DNA of 63,715 bases, the filler included. It is 7 parts of 7 records of this genome, joined end to end, with 100 filler letters (N's around TTAATTAATTAA, not from the genome) between each part and the next. Parts side by side here need not be neighbours in the genome. Positions count along the whole stretch, not along the records: positions 6,752 to 19,911 come from DRR723986_6159; 6 more parts are not named here. One strand, given 5' to 3'. Each line of letters begins with the position of its first letter. Position 1 is the first letter of the stretch. Below, piece after piece: positions 8,625 through 18,481 of this stretch. The position numbers and the translations under genes were made by a program. The notes under the pieces were generated by a model, which had not been told where the DNA came from, ran no database searches, and saw nothing but the letters and a program-made list of their open reading frames with translations.

Positions 8625-9848
8625 ATGGGTGCCTTGGATTTGAATTTCGTGCGCAGCCAGTTTCCGGCCTTTGCCGAGCCCACGCTGCAGGGCCAGGCGT
8701 TTTTTGAAAATGCCGGTGGCTCTTATACGTGCCGGCAGGTGATCGACCGGCTGACGCGGTTTTATCACCAGCGCAAGGTGCAGCCCTATGGCCCTTATGC
8801 GGCCAGCGCCCAAGGCGGCGCCGAGATGGACGAGGCCCGCGCGCGCCTGGCGGCGCTGATGGGGGTGGATACAGACGAGCTGTCTTTTGGCCCATCCACC
8901 ACGCAAAACACCTATGTTTTGGCCCAGGCCTTTCGCCAAATGCTGCAGCCCGGCGAGGCGATTGTGGTGACAAACCAGGATCACGAGGCCAATACCGGCC
9001 CCTGGCGGCGCCTGTCTGAGGCGGGTATCGAGATACGCGAATGGCAGATCGATCCCGAAACCGGGCGGCTGAACCCCGATGATCTGGCCAATCTGCTGGA
9101 TGAAAAGGTGCGTCTGGTGTGCTTTCCCCATTGCTCGAACGTAGTGGGTGAAATCAACCCGGTGGTGGAAATCACTGCGCTGGCCCATGCGGCGGGGGCG
9201 TTTGTGTGCGTAGATGGTGTCAGCTATGCGCCCCATGGGCTGCCCGATTTGGGCAGTATGGGGCCCGATATCTATTTGTTTTCGGCCTATAAAACCTACG
9301 GCCCGCATCAAGGGCTTATGGTGATCCGGCGTGCCCTGGGCATGCTGCTGCCCAATCAGGGGCATTATTTTAATGCAGATGTGCTTTACAAGCGCTTCAC
9401 CCCGGCCGGGCCCGATCATGCGCAGGTGGCGGCCTGCGCTGGCATGGCTGATTATATCGATGCGCTGGCCGCCCATCATGGCATCACTGGCGATGCGGTG
9501 GCGCGGGGGCAGGGGGTGCATGATATGATGCGCGCCCACGAGATTGCGATTTTGCAGCCGCTCATGGCCTATCTGGGCAGCAAAAACAGCATCCGTGTGC
9601 TGGGCCCGCGCGCGGCCCATCTGCGTGCGCCCACCGTGGCCATCGATGCCCGCCAGCCCGCGGCCCCCTTGGCGCAGAAACTGGCCGAACGGGGCATTAT
9701 GGCGGGGGGCGGCGATTTTTACGCCCTGCGCGCGCTGCAGGCCCATGGCATCACCCCCGAACAGGGCGTGCTGCGGCTGAGCTTCGTGCATTACACCAGC
9801 GCCGATGAGGTGGCACAGCTGATCGCGGCCTTGGACGAGATACTTTAA
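8625..9848 (+). CDS. class V PLP aminotransferase / cysteine desulfurase-like protein
   Basis: FFENAGGS, DHEAN, VDGVSYAPH, FSAYKTYGPH (PLP lysine). Confidence 0.9.
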   Translation: MGALDLNFVRSQFPAFAEPTLQGQAFFENAGGSYTCRQVIDRLTRFYHQRKVQPYGPYAASAQGGAEMDEARARLAALMGVDTDELSFGPSTTQNTYVLAQAFRQMLQPGEAIVVTNQDHEANTGPWRRLSEAGIEIREWQIDPETGRLNPDDLANLLDEKVRLVCFPHCSNVVGEINPVVEITALAHAAGAFVCVDGVSYAPHGLPDLGSMGPDIYLFSAYKTYGPHQGLMVIRRALGMLLPNQGHYFNADVLYKRFTPAGPDHAQVAACAGMADYIDALAAHHGITGDAVARGQGVHDMMRAHEIAILQPLMAYLGSKNSIRVLGPRAAHLRAPTVAIDARQPAAPLAQKLAERGIMAGGGDFYALRALQAHGITPEQGVLRLSFVHYTSADEVAQLIAALDEIL

Positions 9849-9856
9849 CCTTTCTT

Positions 9857-9884
9857 TAATCCGGCGTGGCCCGGCCCACGTATC
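9857..9884 (+). promoter_or_regulatory. putative RpoE (sigmaE/ChrR-type) promoter
   Basis: TAATCC-N16-CGTATC, one mismatch to the TGATCC-N16-CGTA consensus, 25 nt before the photolyase start. Confidence 0.65.
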
Positions 9885-9909
9885 AAAACAAAAACACGCG
9901 GAGCGGGAC

Positions 9910-11352
9910 GTGCCGGATCAATCACCTATTCTCTTGTGGCTGCGGCGCGACCTGCGGCTGGCAGATCACCCTGCGTTGCACGCGGCCTGTGCCACCGGGC
10001 GTCCGGTGATCCCGGTGTTTATCCGCGATGGCGCGGTTGATGATCTGGGGGCGGCACCGAAATGGCGCCTGGGGTTGGGGCTGGCACATTTTGCCCAGTC
10101 TTTGGCCGGGCTGGGCAGCCAGCTGGTGCTGCGCCAGGGGCCGGCAGACCGGGTGTTGGCCGATTTGATGGCCGAAACAGGTGCCACCGCGATTTACTGG
10201 AGCCGCCTTTACGACCCCCAGGCGCAGGCGCGCGATCGCGCGGTGAAAGACTGGGCGCGCGGGCAGGGATATGAGGCGCGCAGTTTCGGTGGGCATTTGA
10301 TGTTCGAGCCATGGACCGTGGCCACCAAAACCGGCGGTGAATACAAGGTTTACACCCCCTTTTGGCGCGCGGTGCGCGGGCGCGAGGTTGATCAGCCCTT
10401 GCCGGCGCCTGCGCGCATTCCCGCGCCACAGACATGGCCGCAAAGCGATGCGTTAGAAACCTGGCAGCTGGGGCGCGCCATGCAGCGCGGCGCCGATGTG
10501 GTGGCGCCCTATGTGCGCCTGGGCGAGGCTGCGGCGCTGGCACGGCTGGCGGAATTTGTGGATGGGCCAATCGCCCGGTATGACGCCTTGCGCGATATTC
10601 CCGCAGCGCCCGGCACATCGGGCCTGTCCGAGAATTTGGCGCTGGGGGAAATCAGCCCGCATCAATGCTGGCACGCCGCGCTGGCGGCCTTGCATCAGGG
10701 GGTGGCCAGCGCTGAAACCTTTATGAAAGAGCTGGTCTGGCGCGAATTTGCCTATCACCTGATGTTTCACACGCCCCGCCTGCTGAGCCAGAATTGGAAA
10801 GCCGAATGGGATAACTTCCCCTGGAACAGCGACGCCAGCACGCCGCAGGTGCAGGCTTGGCTGCAGGGGCGCACGGGGGTGGAATTTGTCGATGCGGCCA
10901 TGCGCGAAATGTATGTGACGGGCCGCATGCACAACCGTGCCCGCATGATTGTGGCAAGCTATCTGTGCAAACATCTGCTTAGCCATTGGCAAATTGGGCA
11001 AAGATGGTTTGCCGATTGTCTGATCGATTGGGACCCTGCCGCCAATGCGATGGGTTGGCAATGGGCCGCGGGCAGCGGCCCCGATGCGGCGCCCTATTTC
11101 CGCGTGTTCAACCCCGATGGCCAGCGCGACAAGTTTGACCCAGATCGCCGCTACATCCGCCGCTGGATCGCCGAAGGCCAAGGTAACCCGCCGGGCACAG
11201 CCCTGGCTTATTTCCGCGCTGTGCCGCGCAGCTGGCAACTGGACCCGCAGGCGCGCTACCCGCGCCCGGTGGTGGCATTGGATGTGGGGCGCAAGCGCGC
11301 GCTTGAGGCATACGCCGCCGCAAGATATGCTGCCGAGGATAATAAAGGGTAA
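9910..11352 (+). CDS. phrB: class I CPD DNA photolyase
   Basis: WLRRDLRLADHPAL, TSGLS, ELVWREF, GRMHNRARM, WQWAAG.G.DAAPYFRVFNP. Confidence 0.95.
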   Translation: MPDQSPILLWLRRDLRLADHPALHAACATGRPVIPVFIRDGAVDDLGAAPKWRLGLGLAHFAQSLAGLGSQLVLRQGPADRVLADLMAETGATAIYWSRLYDPQAQARDRAVKDWARGQGYEARSFGGHLMFEPWTVATKTGGEYKVYTPFWRAVRGREVDQPLPAPARIPAPQTWPQSDALETWQLGRAMQRGADVVAPYVRLGEAAALARLAEFVDGPIARYDALRDIPAAPGTSGLSENLALGEISPHQCWHAALAALHQGVASAETFMKELVWREFAYHLMFHTPRLLSQNWKAEWDNFPWNSDASTPQVQAWLQGRTGVEFVDAAMREMYVTGRMHNRARMIVASYLCKHLLSHWQIGQRWFADCLIDWDPAANAMGWQWAAGSGPDAAPYFRVFNPDGQRDKFDPDRRYIRRWIAEGQGNPPGTALAYFRAVPRSWQLDPQARYPRPVVALDVGRKRALEAYAAARYAAEDNKG

Positions 11353-11438
11353 ACCCATTGGCATGGCCCACCCCCACCCCCAGCCTGCCGCCTTGGGCTG
11401 GGGCCGATAATAATAAGTCAGGAAGGTAAGATCGAAAC

Positions 11439-12665
11439 ATGACGCTTGTAGAACATCAGGCACAGGCCGAAAAAGACCAGCGCCAAGGGCTGCCCTATAT
11501 GCTGCGCCGGGCAATCAACATGGCCGAGCCGGGCATCCCTGGGCGTTTGCAATTGCGGCTTTGGGATGGGCGGCAAGTTGTGATCGGCAACGGCAAACCC
11601 GGCCGCGTCAGCGATATTTGCGTGCATAACCCAAAACTGTTTTCGCGCCTCTTTAGCGAGGGCTGGCTGGGCTTTTCCGAGGCCTATCTCGAGGGCTGGT
11701 GGAGCACCGATGACCTGCAAGGTTTCATGGATCATATGCACGAGGCTGACCTGGAAACTTATGACAGTTTTACAGGGGGTTGGGTGTCGAAGTTGATCAA
11801 CTTTCTCACTCATTACCTGCGCTCGAATTCGCGCCGGCAAGCGCGCAAGAATATCAGCTATCACTATGATCTGGGCAATGATTTCTATGCCGAATGGCTG
11901 GATGATACGATGACCTATTCCAGCGCCATTTTTGATACGGGCCAGGAAAGCCTAGAGGCGGCACAAACCCGCAAATATGCCAGCATGATCGATGAAATGG
12001 GCGCGCAACCGGGCGATCATATTCTAGAGATCGGCTGCGGCTGGGGTGGGTTTGCCGAATATGCCGCGAAAGAGCGCGGGATGCGTGTAACCGGCCTAAC
12101 CATCTCGAAAGAGCAGTTGAAGTATGCGCAGGAACGCATTGAAAAGGCAGGTGTTTCTGATCTTGTCACGCTAAAGCTGCAAGATTATCGCGACGAGCGT
12201 GGCACCTATGATGGCATTGCCAGCATTGAAATGTTCGAGGCGGTTGGTGAAAAATATTGGCCGGTCTATTTCAAAACCGTGTTCGAGCGGTTGAAGCCCG
12301 GCAAAACCGCCACGTTCCAAATCATCACCGTGGAAGATGCCCGTTTCGAGGCCTATCGCAACGAGGTGGATTTCATCCAAAAATACATCTTCCCCGGCGG
12401 CATGTTGCCCAGCCCCACAGCGCTGCGCCAACAGGTTAATCAGGCGGGGCTGCGGGTGGTGCGATCGATCGAATTTGGCAAAAGCTACAGCCAAACCCTG
12501 CGCCGTTGGCACGAAACCTTTAACGCACGCTGGCCACGGATCGAACCGATGGGGTTTGATGCGCGCTTTCAGCGGATGTGGAACTTTTACCTCACCTCTT
12601 GTGCTGCTACCTTCGAACATGGAAACTGCGATGTGACGCAGTTAACTGTTACGAGACCTGTATGA
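11439..12665 (+). CDS. cfa: cyclopropane-fatty-acyl-phospholipid synthase family SAM methyltransferase (CfaS/UfaM-like)
   Basis: NISYHYDLGNDFY, LEIGCGWGG, SIEMFEAVG, FIQKYIFPGG. Confidence 0.92.
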   Translation: MTLVEHQAQAEKDQRQGLPYMLRRAINMAEPGIPGRLQLRLWDGRQVVIGNGKPGRVSDICVHNPKLFSRLFSEGWLGFSEAYLEGWWSTDDLQGFMDHMHEADLETYDSFTGGWVSKLINFLTHYLRSNSRRQARKNISYHYDLGNDFYAEWLDDTMTYSSAIFDTGQESLEAAQTRKYASMIDEMGAQPGDHILEIGCGWGGFAEYAAKERGMRVTGLTISKEQLKYAQERIEKAGVSDLVTLKLQDYRDERGTYDGIASIEMFEAVGEKYWPVYFKTVFERLKPGKTATFQIITVEDARFEAYRNEVDFIQKYIFPGGMLPSPTALRQQVNQAGLRVVRSIEFGKSYSQTLRRWHETFNARWPRIEPMGFDARFQRMWNFYLTSCAATFEHGNCDVTQLTVTRPV

Positions 12666-13108
12666 TCTATTCGTTCTCCCGGCTGCTGCCTGCGGCCGGT
12701 TTTGCCGCCACCGCGCTGGTGGCCAGTGTGTTTGTGCAAGGGCTTTTGCCCGCAGACACGGTGTTTGGGTTTTTTTTACCCCTCAATATGGGGCTGGGCG
12801 CGCTGCTGGGCTTTGTGTTTGTGGGGCGTCGCGCGGGGCAGGGCTATGGTGTGGCGCTGGGGGTTGGGCTGACAGCGGGGGTGCTGTTGCTGTTTTGGGC
12901 GGTGGCCCTGCAGGCGCTATGGGCGGTTTTTGAAAAATCGCTGGGCGGCATATTTCCCGGCTTGAACAGCGCGCTCAGCGATATTGCCGATCATGCCATC
13001 GCTTATGCGGGTTTGGTCACACAGCCCTATGTGCTGGCGGTGGTTGGCGGTGGCGGGGTGCTTTGCGCCCTGCTGGCCGAGGCGATGGTGCGGGTATTTG
13101 GGCGATAA
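12662..13108 (+). CDS. trgA: TrgA family membrane protein
   Basis: Small 4-TM protein with G.RAG.GY; lies between cfa and a GGCT-NUDIX gene plus cysK, as in the Rhodobacter trgAB-cysK locus. Confidence 0.7.
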   Translation: MIYSFSRLLPAAGFAATALVASVFVQGLLPADTVFGFFLPLNMGLGALLGFVFVGRRAGQGYGVALGVGLTAGVLLLFWAVALQALWAVFEKSLGGIFPGLNSALSDIADHAIAYAGLVTQPYVLAVVGGGGVLCALLAEAMVRVFGR

Positions 13109-14222
13109 TATCTTTCTATACGGCACTTTGCGCCACCCAGATCTGCTGGCCGTGGTTGCGGGCACAGACCGCCTGGCTTGCACCCCCGCCACATTGCCGG
13201 GCTACGCGGTGGCGCGGGCGCCCGGCGGGGCCTACCCGCTGATTGCGCCAGACCCCGGCGCAGATGCCAAGGGCCTGCTGCTGTGCGATCTCACGGCCCA
13301 AGCCCGGGCGCGGCTGGATTATTACGAGCTGGCCTTTGGCTATCGCCTGGCCAAAGTATCGGTGCGCACGGCCAAAGGGGTGCAGCCTGCCTTGGCCTAT
13401 TTTCCGCCAGAAAGCGCCCAAAATGGCGTGGGCCCTTGGGATCTGGCGGCATGGGTGGCCGAAGAGGGGGCGCTGGCCGTGCAAGCCGCACGCGAGGTGA
13501 TGGCGCGCCAGCACGCCACCCCAATGGCTGATTTGCCAGCGCTTTTCCCCGCCATTCGCGCCCGCGCTTGGGCCAAATTATGCGCATCCCGCCAGCCCAC
13601 GCCCGCCAGTTTGCGCCGGCAGGGCGCGGGCGATGTTGAAATGCAATTGCTGGGCGGCGGCTATGATGGGTTTTTTCGCCTGCAGCGGTTTCGCCTGCGC
13701 CATCACCGCTATGATGGCAGCCAAACGCCCTGGTTTGCCCGCGAAACATTTGATGCCTTCGATGCAGCGCTGGTTTTGCCCTATGATCCGGTAACAGACG
13801 AGGTGCTGTTGATCGAGCAGCTGCGCTTTGGTCCGCTGCTGCGCGGCGATGCCAGCCCCTTTGTGCTGGAACCCGTGGCAGGCATGGTGGATGCGGGCGA
13901 AACCCCGGCAGATTGCGCGCGCCGCGAGGCGATGGAAGAGGCGGGGCTGGCGCTGGATCAGCTGCGCCCGATGCCGGCCATCTACCCCTCGCCTGGCTAT
14001 TCGACCGAATTTTTCCATTGCTTTCTAGCGCTTTGCGATTTGCGCGCGCCGCGCCACACCACCACGGGGGCAATGGGCGAGCATGAAGATATCCGCGCCC
14101 ATGTTGTGGCATTTGAGCAGCTGTTGCAGCTGGTTGACAGCGGCGAGATCAACGCCGGCCCCTTGGTGATGATGGCGCTGTGGCTGGCGCGCCATCGCGC
14201 AGAATTGCGCGCATCTGCTTGA
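13098..14222 (+). CDS. trgB: GGCT-like domain + NUDIX (ADP-ribose pyrophosphatase type) fusion, TrgB
   Basis: N-terminal IFLYGTL...RLDYYE; NUDIX box AGMVDAGETPADCARREAMEEAG; SPG motif; probable TTG start. Confidence 0.85.
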   Translation: MGDNIFLYGTLRHPDLLAVVAGTDRLACTPATLPGYAVARAPGGAYPLIAPDPGADAKGLLLCDLTAQARARLDYYELAFGYRLAKVSVRTAKGVQPALAYFPPESAQNGVGPWDLAAWVAEEGALAVQAAREVMARQHATPMADLPALFPAIRARAWAKLCASRQPTPASLRRQGAGDVEMQLLGGGYDGFFRLQRFRLRHHRYDGSQTPWFARETFDAFDAALVLPYDPVTDEVLLIEQLRFGPLLRGDASPFVLEPVAGMVDAGETPADCARREAMEEAGLALDQLRPMPAIYPSPGYSTEFFHCFLALCDLRAPRHTTTGAMGEHEDIRAHVVAFEQLLQLVDSGEINAGPLVMMALWLARHRAELRASA

Positions 14223-14273
14223 GTTCGCCCCGCGCGCGCCCTACACCTGTGGGGAAACAGGAAAGGACCGCCC

Positions 14274-15308
14274 ATGCGTATGGCACAGGATTTGGCGCAA
14301 GCTATTGGAAACACACCGCTGATCCGGCTGAAAAAGCCCAGCGAGCTGACAGGCTGTGACATTTACGGCAAGGCGGAATTCATGAACCCTGGCCAATCGG
14401 TCAAGGATCGTGCGGCGCTGTTTATCATTCAAGATGCGGTGGAAAAAGGCCTGCTGCAGCCCGGTGGCACGATTGTCGAGGGCACGGCCGGCAATACGGG
14501 CATTGGCCTGGCGCTGGTTGGGGTCTCGATGGGGTTTAAAACGGTGATTGTGATCCCCGAAACCCAAAGCCAGGAAAAGAAAGACATGCTGCGTCTGGCT
14601 GGTGCCGAATTGGTCGAAGTGCCCGCCGCGCCCTATAAAAACCCCAACAATTATGTGCGCTATTCTGGCCGTTTGGCCGAAGAACTTGCCAAAACCGAAC
14701 CAAACGGGGCGATTTGGGCGAACCAGTTTGATAATGTCGCCAATCGCATGGCGCATATCATAGGCACCGGCCCCGAGATTTGGGAGCAGACGGGTGGCAA
14801 GGTAGATGGGTTTATCTGCGCGGTCGGTTCGGGCGGCACATTGGCCGGGGTTGGCATGGCGCTGCAGCCCAAGGGCGTGAAAATTGGCTTGGCCGATCCT
14901 GACGGTGCGGCGCTGCACAGTTTTTACACCACGGGCACGCTGGCCTCGCAGGGGGGCTCGATCACCGAAGGTATCGGGCAGGGGCGCATCACCGCCAATC
15001 TCGAGGGGTTCACCCCCGATTTCAGTTACAATATCCCCGATGCCGAGGCATTGCCGGTGGTGTTTGACCTGCTGGCCGAAGAGGGGCTGTGCCTGGGCGG
15101 CTCATCTGGGGTGAATGTGGCCGGTGCCATGCGCATGGCACGCGAGATGGGGCCGGGCCATACCATCGTGACCATCTTATGCGATTACGGCACGCGCTAC
15201 CAATCAAAGCTGTTTAACCCGGCCTTCCTGGCCGAAAAGGGCCTGCCGGTGCCCGAATGGCTGATGGGGCCGCGCCGGTCTGTGCCATCGGCCTTTGTCG
15301 AGGTGTAA
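14274..15308 (+). CDS. cysK: cysteine synthase A
   Basis: IGNTPL, KAEFMNPGQSVKDR, EGTAGNTG, GSGGT. Confidence 0.95.
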   Translation: MRMAQDLAQAIGNTPLIRLKKPSELTGCDIYGKAEFMNPGQSVKDRAALFIIQDAVEKGLLQPGGTIVEGTAGNTGIGLALVGVSMGFKTVIVIPETQSQEKKDMLRLAGAELVEVPAAPYKNPNNYVRYSGRLAEELAKTEPNGAIWANQFDNVANRMAHIIGTGPEIWEQTGGKVDGFICAVGSGGTLAGVGMALQPKGVKIGLADPDGAALHSFYTTGTLASQGGSITEGIGQGRITANLEGFTPDFSYNIPDAEALPVVFDLLAEEGLCLGGSSGVNVAGAMRMAREMGPGHTIVTILCDYGTRYQSKLFNPAFLAEKGLPVPEWLMGPRRSVPSAFVEV

Positions 15309-15312
15309 GGCC

Positions 15313-17757
15313 ATGCAGCAGCTGATGCGGCGTTTTGCGGTGCTTTGGCTATGCGCCTTGGGCGCCATTGGCGCCATGGCCCATGCCCAAGAGGCGGGCA
15401 CGCCCGCGCAGGTGGCACAGCCCGCAGCCGAGGCCGCAGCGCCCAGCGTTGCATTGGGTTATGACGTGGCGGCATGGCAGGGCTTGGCCCAACGCGCCGA
15501 GGCGGCGATATCGGCGGCGCGCGCATCAGATTTGATCTTGGCACAGCTGCGGGCCGATCTGGCGGCTTGGCGCAGCACATTTCTAACCCTGCAAGCGGCC
15601 AACCGCGAGCGGATCATCACCATTGAACGGCAACTGGCCGCGCTTGGGCCCGCGCCCGCCGATGGCGCAACGCAATTGCCTGAAATTGCCCAAAGCCGCG
15701 CTGATCTGGAGGCAAAACTGGCACAGCTGCGCGCGCCGGTTTTGCTGGCCTCACAGGCCCATGCCCATGCCGACCGATTGATCGCCGAACTCGATGGTGT
15801 GGTGCGCCAGCGCTGGCAAGACAGGCTGACAACGCGCGGCACATCGCCCTTGCTGCCCCAGGCCTGGGCCGAGGCGGCAACGGGCCTGCATGATGGTTTG
15901 CGCACCTTGGGCAATGAAACCGCGGCCGAATGGGCAAACCCCATCCGCAGCGAGGCGCTGGTGAAAAACCTGCCCGGTGTTCTGGCGCTGGTGGTGTTGG
16001 GGCTGGTTTTGGTGCTGCGCGCCAACAAGGCCAGCGCCTGGGCGGTGCAAAAACTGTCTGGCCAATCGATGCGCCTGCGCGGGGTGTTGATGTTTTTGGC
16101 CGCGCTTGGCGGTTTGGCGCTGCCGTTTTTGGGCGTGACGCTGCTGGCGCAGGGCCTGCAGCTGTCGGGGATGTTTGGCTTTCGTGGCGCGCGGATCGTG
16201 GCGGCGCTGCCAGATATGGCGGTGCATGTGATCGTGGCCTATTGGCTGTCGCAGCAGCTGCTGTCCGAGGGGCAGGCGCGCACCAATCCGCTGGATATGG
16301 GGGCAGATCAGCTACAGCGCATGCGGCGCTGGCTGATGGGGCTGGCTTGGGTGCTCTCCTTTGGGGTGCTGGTCGAGGTTGTTTCCGGCTCGGTCGATAT
16401 ATCAGATGCCGGGCGCGCGGCGATTGTGTTTCCGCTTTGGGCGGCCGGTGCCTGGGTGATGGTGCAATTGGGGCGTGCCCTGGCGCAGGTGGCCAGTGGC
16501 GCCAGCACCGCGGCCGACACCTTTGACCGCCCGCGCCCCTACCGGTTTGGGCTGGCGGCCCTATTGGGGCAGGGGCTGGTGCTGCTGGGCTATGGCGCGC
16601 TGGTTTTGGGGGCGTTGGGCTATACCCAGGCGTTCGAGCTGCTGCTTTATTCGGGCACGGGCACGCTGTTTTTGCTGGGCGGTGTGGTGCTGGTGCAGGG
16701 GTTTGTGTTTGATCTCTATTCCGCGTTGACGCGCAATGGCGATGGCGCCTCCGAGGCGCTGGTGCCAGTGCTGGTGGGGTTCTTGCTCAGCTTTGCTGCC
16801 TTGCCGTTTCTGGCGATGATATGGGGTGCACGCGCCAGCGACCTGTCCGAGCTGTGGGCCACCTTCCGCGAAGGGTTTAGGTTGGGCGAGGCGCAGATCT
16901 CGCCCACCAATTTCCTGACCTTTGTGGCGGTCTTTACCGTGGGCTACATGGCCACGCGGCTGGTGCAAGGGGCGCTGCGCAGCACGGTTTTGCCCAAAAC
17001 CCGGCTGGATGCGGGCGGGCGTAACGCCATTGTGGCCGGGTTTGGGTATTTGGGCGTGTTTTTGGCCGCTTTGGTGGCGATCACCACTGCGGGTATCGAT
17101 CTGTCGGGGCTGGCGATTGTGGCTGGGGCCTTGTCGGTTGGTATTGGTTTTGGCCTGCAAAACATCGTGTCGAATTTTGTCTCGGGCATCATTTTGCTGA
17201 TCGAGCGGCCCATCGCCGAGGGCGATTGGATCGAGGTGGGCGGGCGCATGGGTTATGTGCGCGATATCTCGGTGCGATCGACCCGTATCGAAACCTTTGA
17301 CCGTTCAGATGTGATCGTGCCCAACGCTGATTTGGTCAGCGGCGCTGTCACCAACTACACCCGCGGCAATACCATCGGGCGGCTGATTTTGCCCGTGGGC
17401 GTGGGCTATGGCAGCGATACGCGGCAGGTCGAGCAGATTTTGCGCAGCGTGGCCGAAGCGCACCCGCTGGTGCAACAGCCGCCGTCGGTTTTGTTTATGG
17501 GCTTTGGCGCGGATTCGCTGGATTTTGAAATTCGCGCCATCCTGCGCGATGTGAACAGTGCGCTGTCAGTGCGCTCTGATATGAACCATGAAATCGCGCA
17601 GCGCTTTGCCGATGCGGGCATTGAAATACCTTTTGCCCAGCGTGATATCTGGATCCGCAACCCCGAGGCCCTGGCCAAGCCACAGCTGCTGCAAGGCGCG
17701 GATGATGACACGCAAAGCGATGCCACCGAGGCGCCGCAAGAGCCATCGAGCGATTGA
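15313..17757 (+). CDS. mechanosensitive channel, MscS family with long N-terminal (DUF3772-type) region
   Basis: AGALSVGIGFGLQNIVSNFVSGIILL.ERPI..GDWI; IEIPFAQRD. Confidence 0.92.
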   Translation: MQQLMRRFAVLWLCALGAIGAMAHAQEAGTPAQVAQPAAEAAAPSVALGYDVAAWQGLAQRAEAAISAARASDLILAQLRADLAAWRSTFLTLQAANRERIITIERQLAALGPAPADGATQLPEIAQSRADLEAKLAQLRAPVLLASQAHAHADRLIAELDGVVRQRWQDRLTTRGTSPLLPQAWAEAATGLHDGLRTLGNETAAEWANPIRSEALVKNLPGVLALVVLGLVLVLRANKASAWAVQKLSGQSMRLRGVLMFLAALGGLALPFLGVTLLAQGLQLSGMFGFRGARIVAALPDMAVHVIVAYWLSQQLLSEGQARTNPLDMGADQLQRMRRWLMGLAWVLSFGVLVEVVSGSVDISDAGRAAIVFPLWAAGAWVMVQLGRALAQVASGASTAADTFDRPRPYRFGLAALLGQGLVLLGYGALVLGALGYTQAFELLLYSGTGTLFLLGGVVLVQGFVFDLYSALTRNGDGASEALVPVLVGFLLSFAALPFLAMIWGARASDLSELWATFREGFRLGEAQISPTNFLTFVAVFTVGYMATRLVQGALRSTVLPKTRLDAGGRNAIVAGFGYLGVFLAALVAITTAGIDLSGLAIVAGALSVGIGFGLQNIVSNFVSGIILLIERPIAEGDWIEVGGRMGYVRDISVRSTRIETFDRSDVIVPNADLVSGAVTNYTRGNTIGRLILPVGVGYGSDTRQVEQILRSVAEAHPLVQQPPSVLFMGFGADSLDFEIRAILRDVNSALSVRSDMNHEIAQRFADAGIEIPFAQRDIWIRNPEALAKPQLLQGADDDTQSDATEAPQEPSSD

Positions 17758-17758
17758 T

Positions 17759-18478
17759 ATGACCGAGCTGCTATTTCGAACCGACCCCTATTTGCGCAGC
17801 TGCACTGCCACCGTTCTGGCCCATACGCCTGAGGGTGGTATCGTGCTGGACCGCACGATTTTTTACCCCACAGGCGGTGGCCAGCCCGGCGATAGTGGCC
17901 AGCTGTCTTGGGCGGGCGGGCAGATTGACATTGCCACCACGCTAAAGGCCGATGGCGGTGCCGTGGCGCTGGTGCCTGCCGCGCCCAAACCGATGCCGGC
18001 ACCGGGCACGACCGTCACCCAAGAGCTGGATTGGGAGCGCCGCCACCGCCATATGCGCGTGCACACCGCGCTGCATCTTTTGTCGGTGGTGATCCCGCTG
18101 CCGGTGTCTGGCGGGGCGATCGGCGCCGATAAGGGGCGGCTGGATTTCGATATGCCCGAGGCCCCCGAAGACCGCGACGCCCTAGAGGCGGCGCTGACGG
18201 CGCTGATAGACCGTGATCTGCCCGTGACGGAAGAGTGGATTACCGACGCCGAATTGCAGGCCAATCCGGGGCTGGTGAAAACCATGTCGGTTATGCCGCC
18301 CATGGGCCAAGGGCGCGTGCGCCTTGTGCGCATTGGGCAGGGGGCGGATCAGGTAGATTTGCAGCCCTGCGGTGGCACCCATGTGGCGCGCACCGGCGAG
18401 ATTGGCGCGATACGCCTGGGCAAGATCGAGAAAAAAGGCCGCCAAAACCGCCGTGTCAGCCTGCATTTGGATGGCTAA
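17759..18478 (+). CDS. alaX: AlaX alanyl-tRNA editing protein
   Basis: DRTIFYPTGGGQPGD, HTALH and CGGTH Zn-binding motifs. Confidence 0.93.
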   Translation: MTELLFRTDPYLRSCTATVLAHTPEGGIVLDRTIFYPTGGGQPGDSGQLSWAGGQIDIATTLKADGGAVALVPAAPKPMPAPGTTVTQELDWERRHRHMRVHTALHLLSVVIPLPVSGGAIGADKGRLDFDMPEAPEDRDALEAALTALIDRDLPVTEEWITDAELQANPGLVKTMSVMPPMGQGRVRLVRIGQGADQVDLQPCGGTHVARTGEIGAIRLGKIEKKGRQNRRVSLHLDG

Positions 18479-18481
18479 GCG

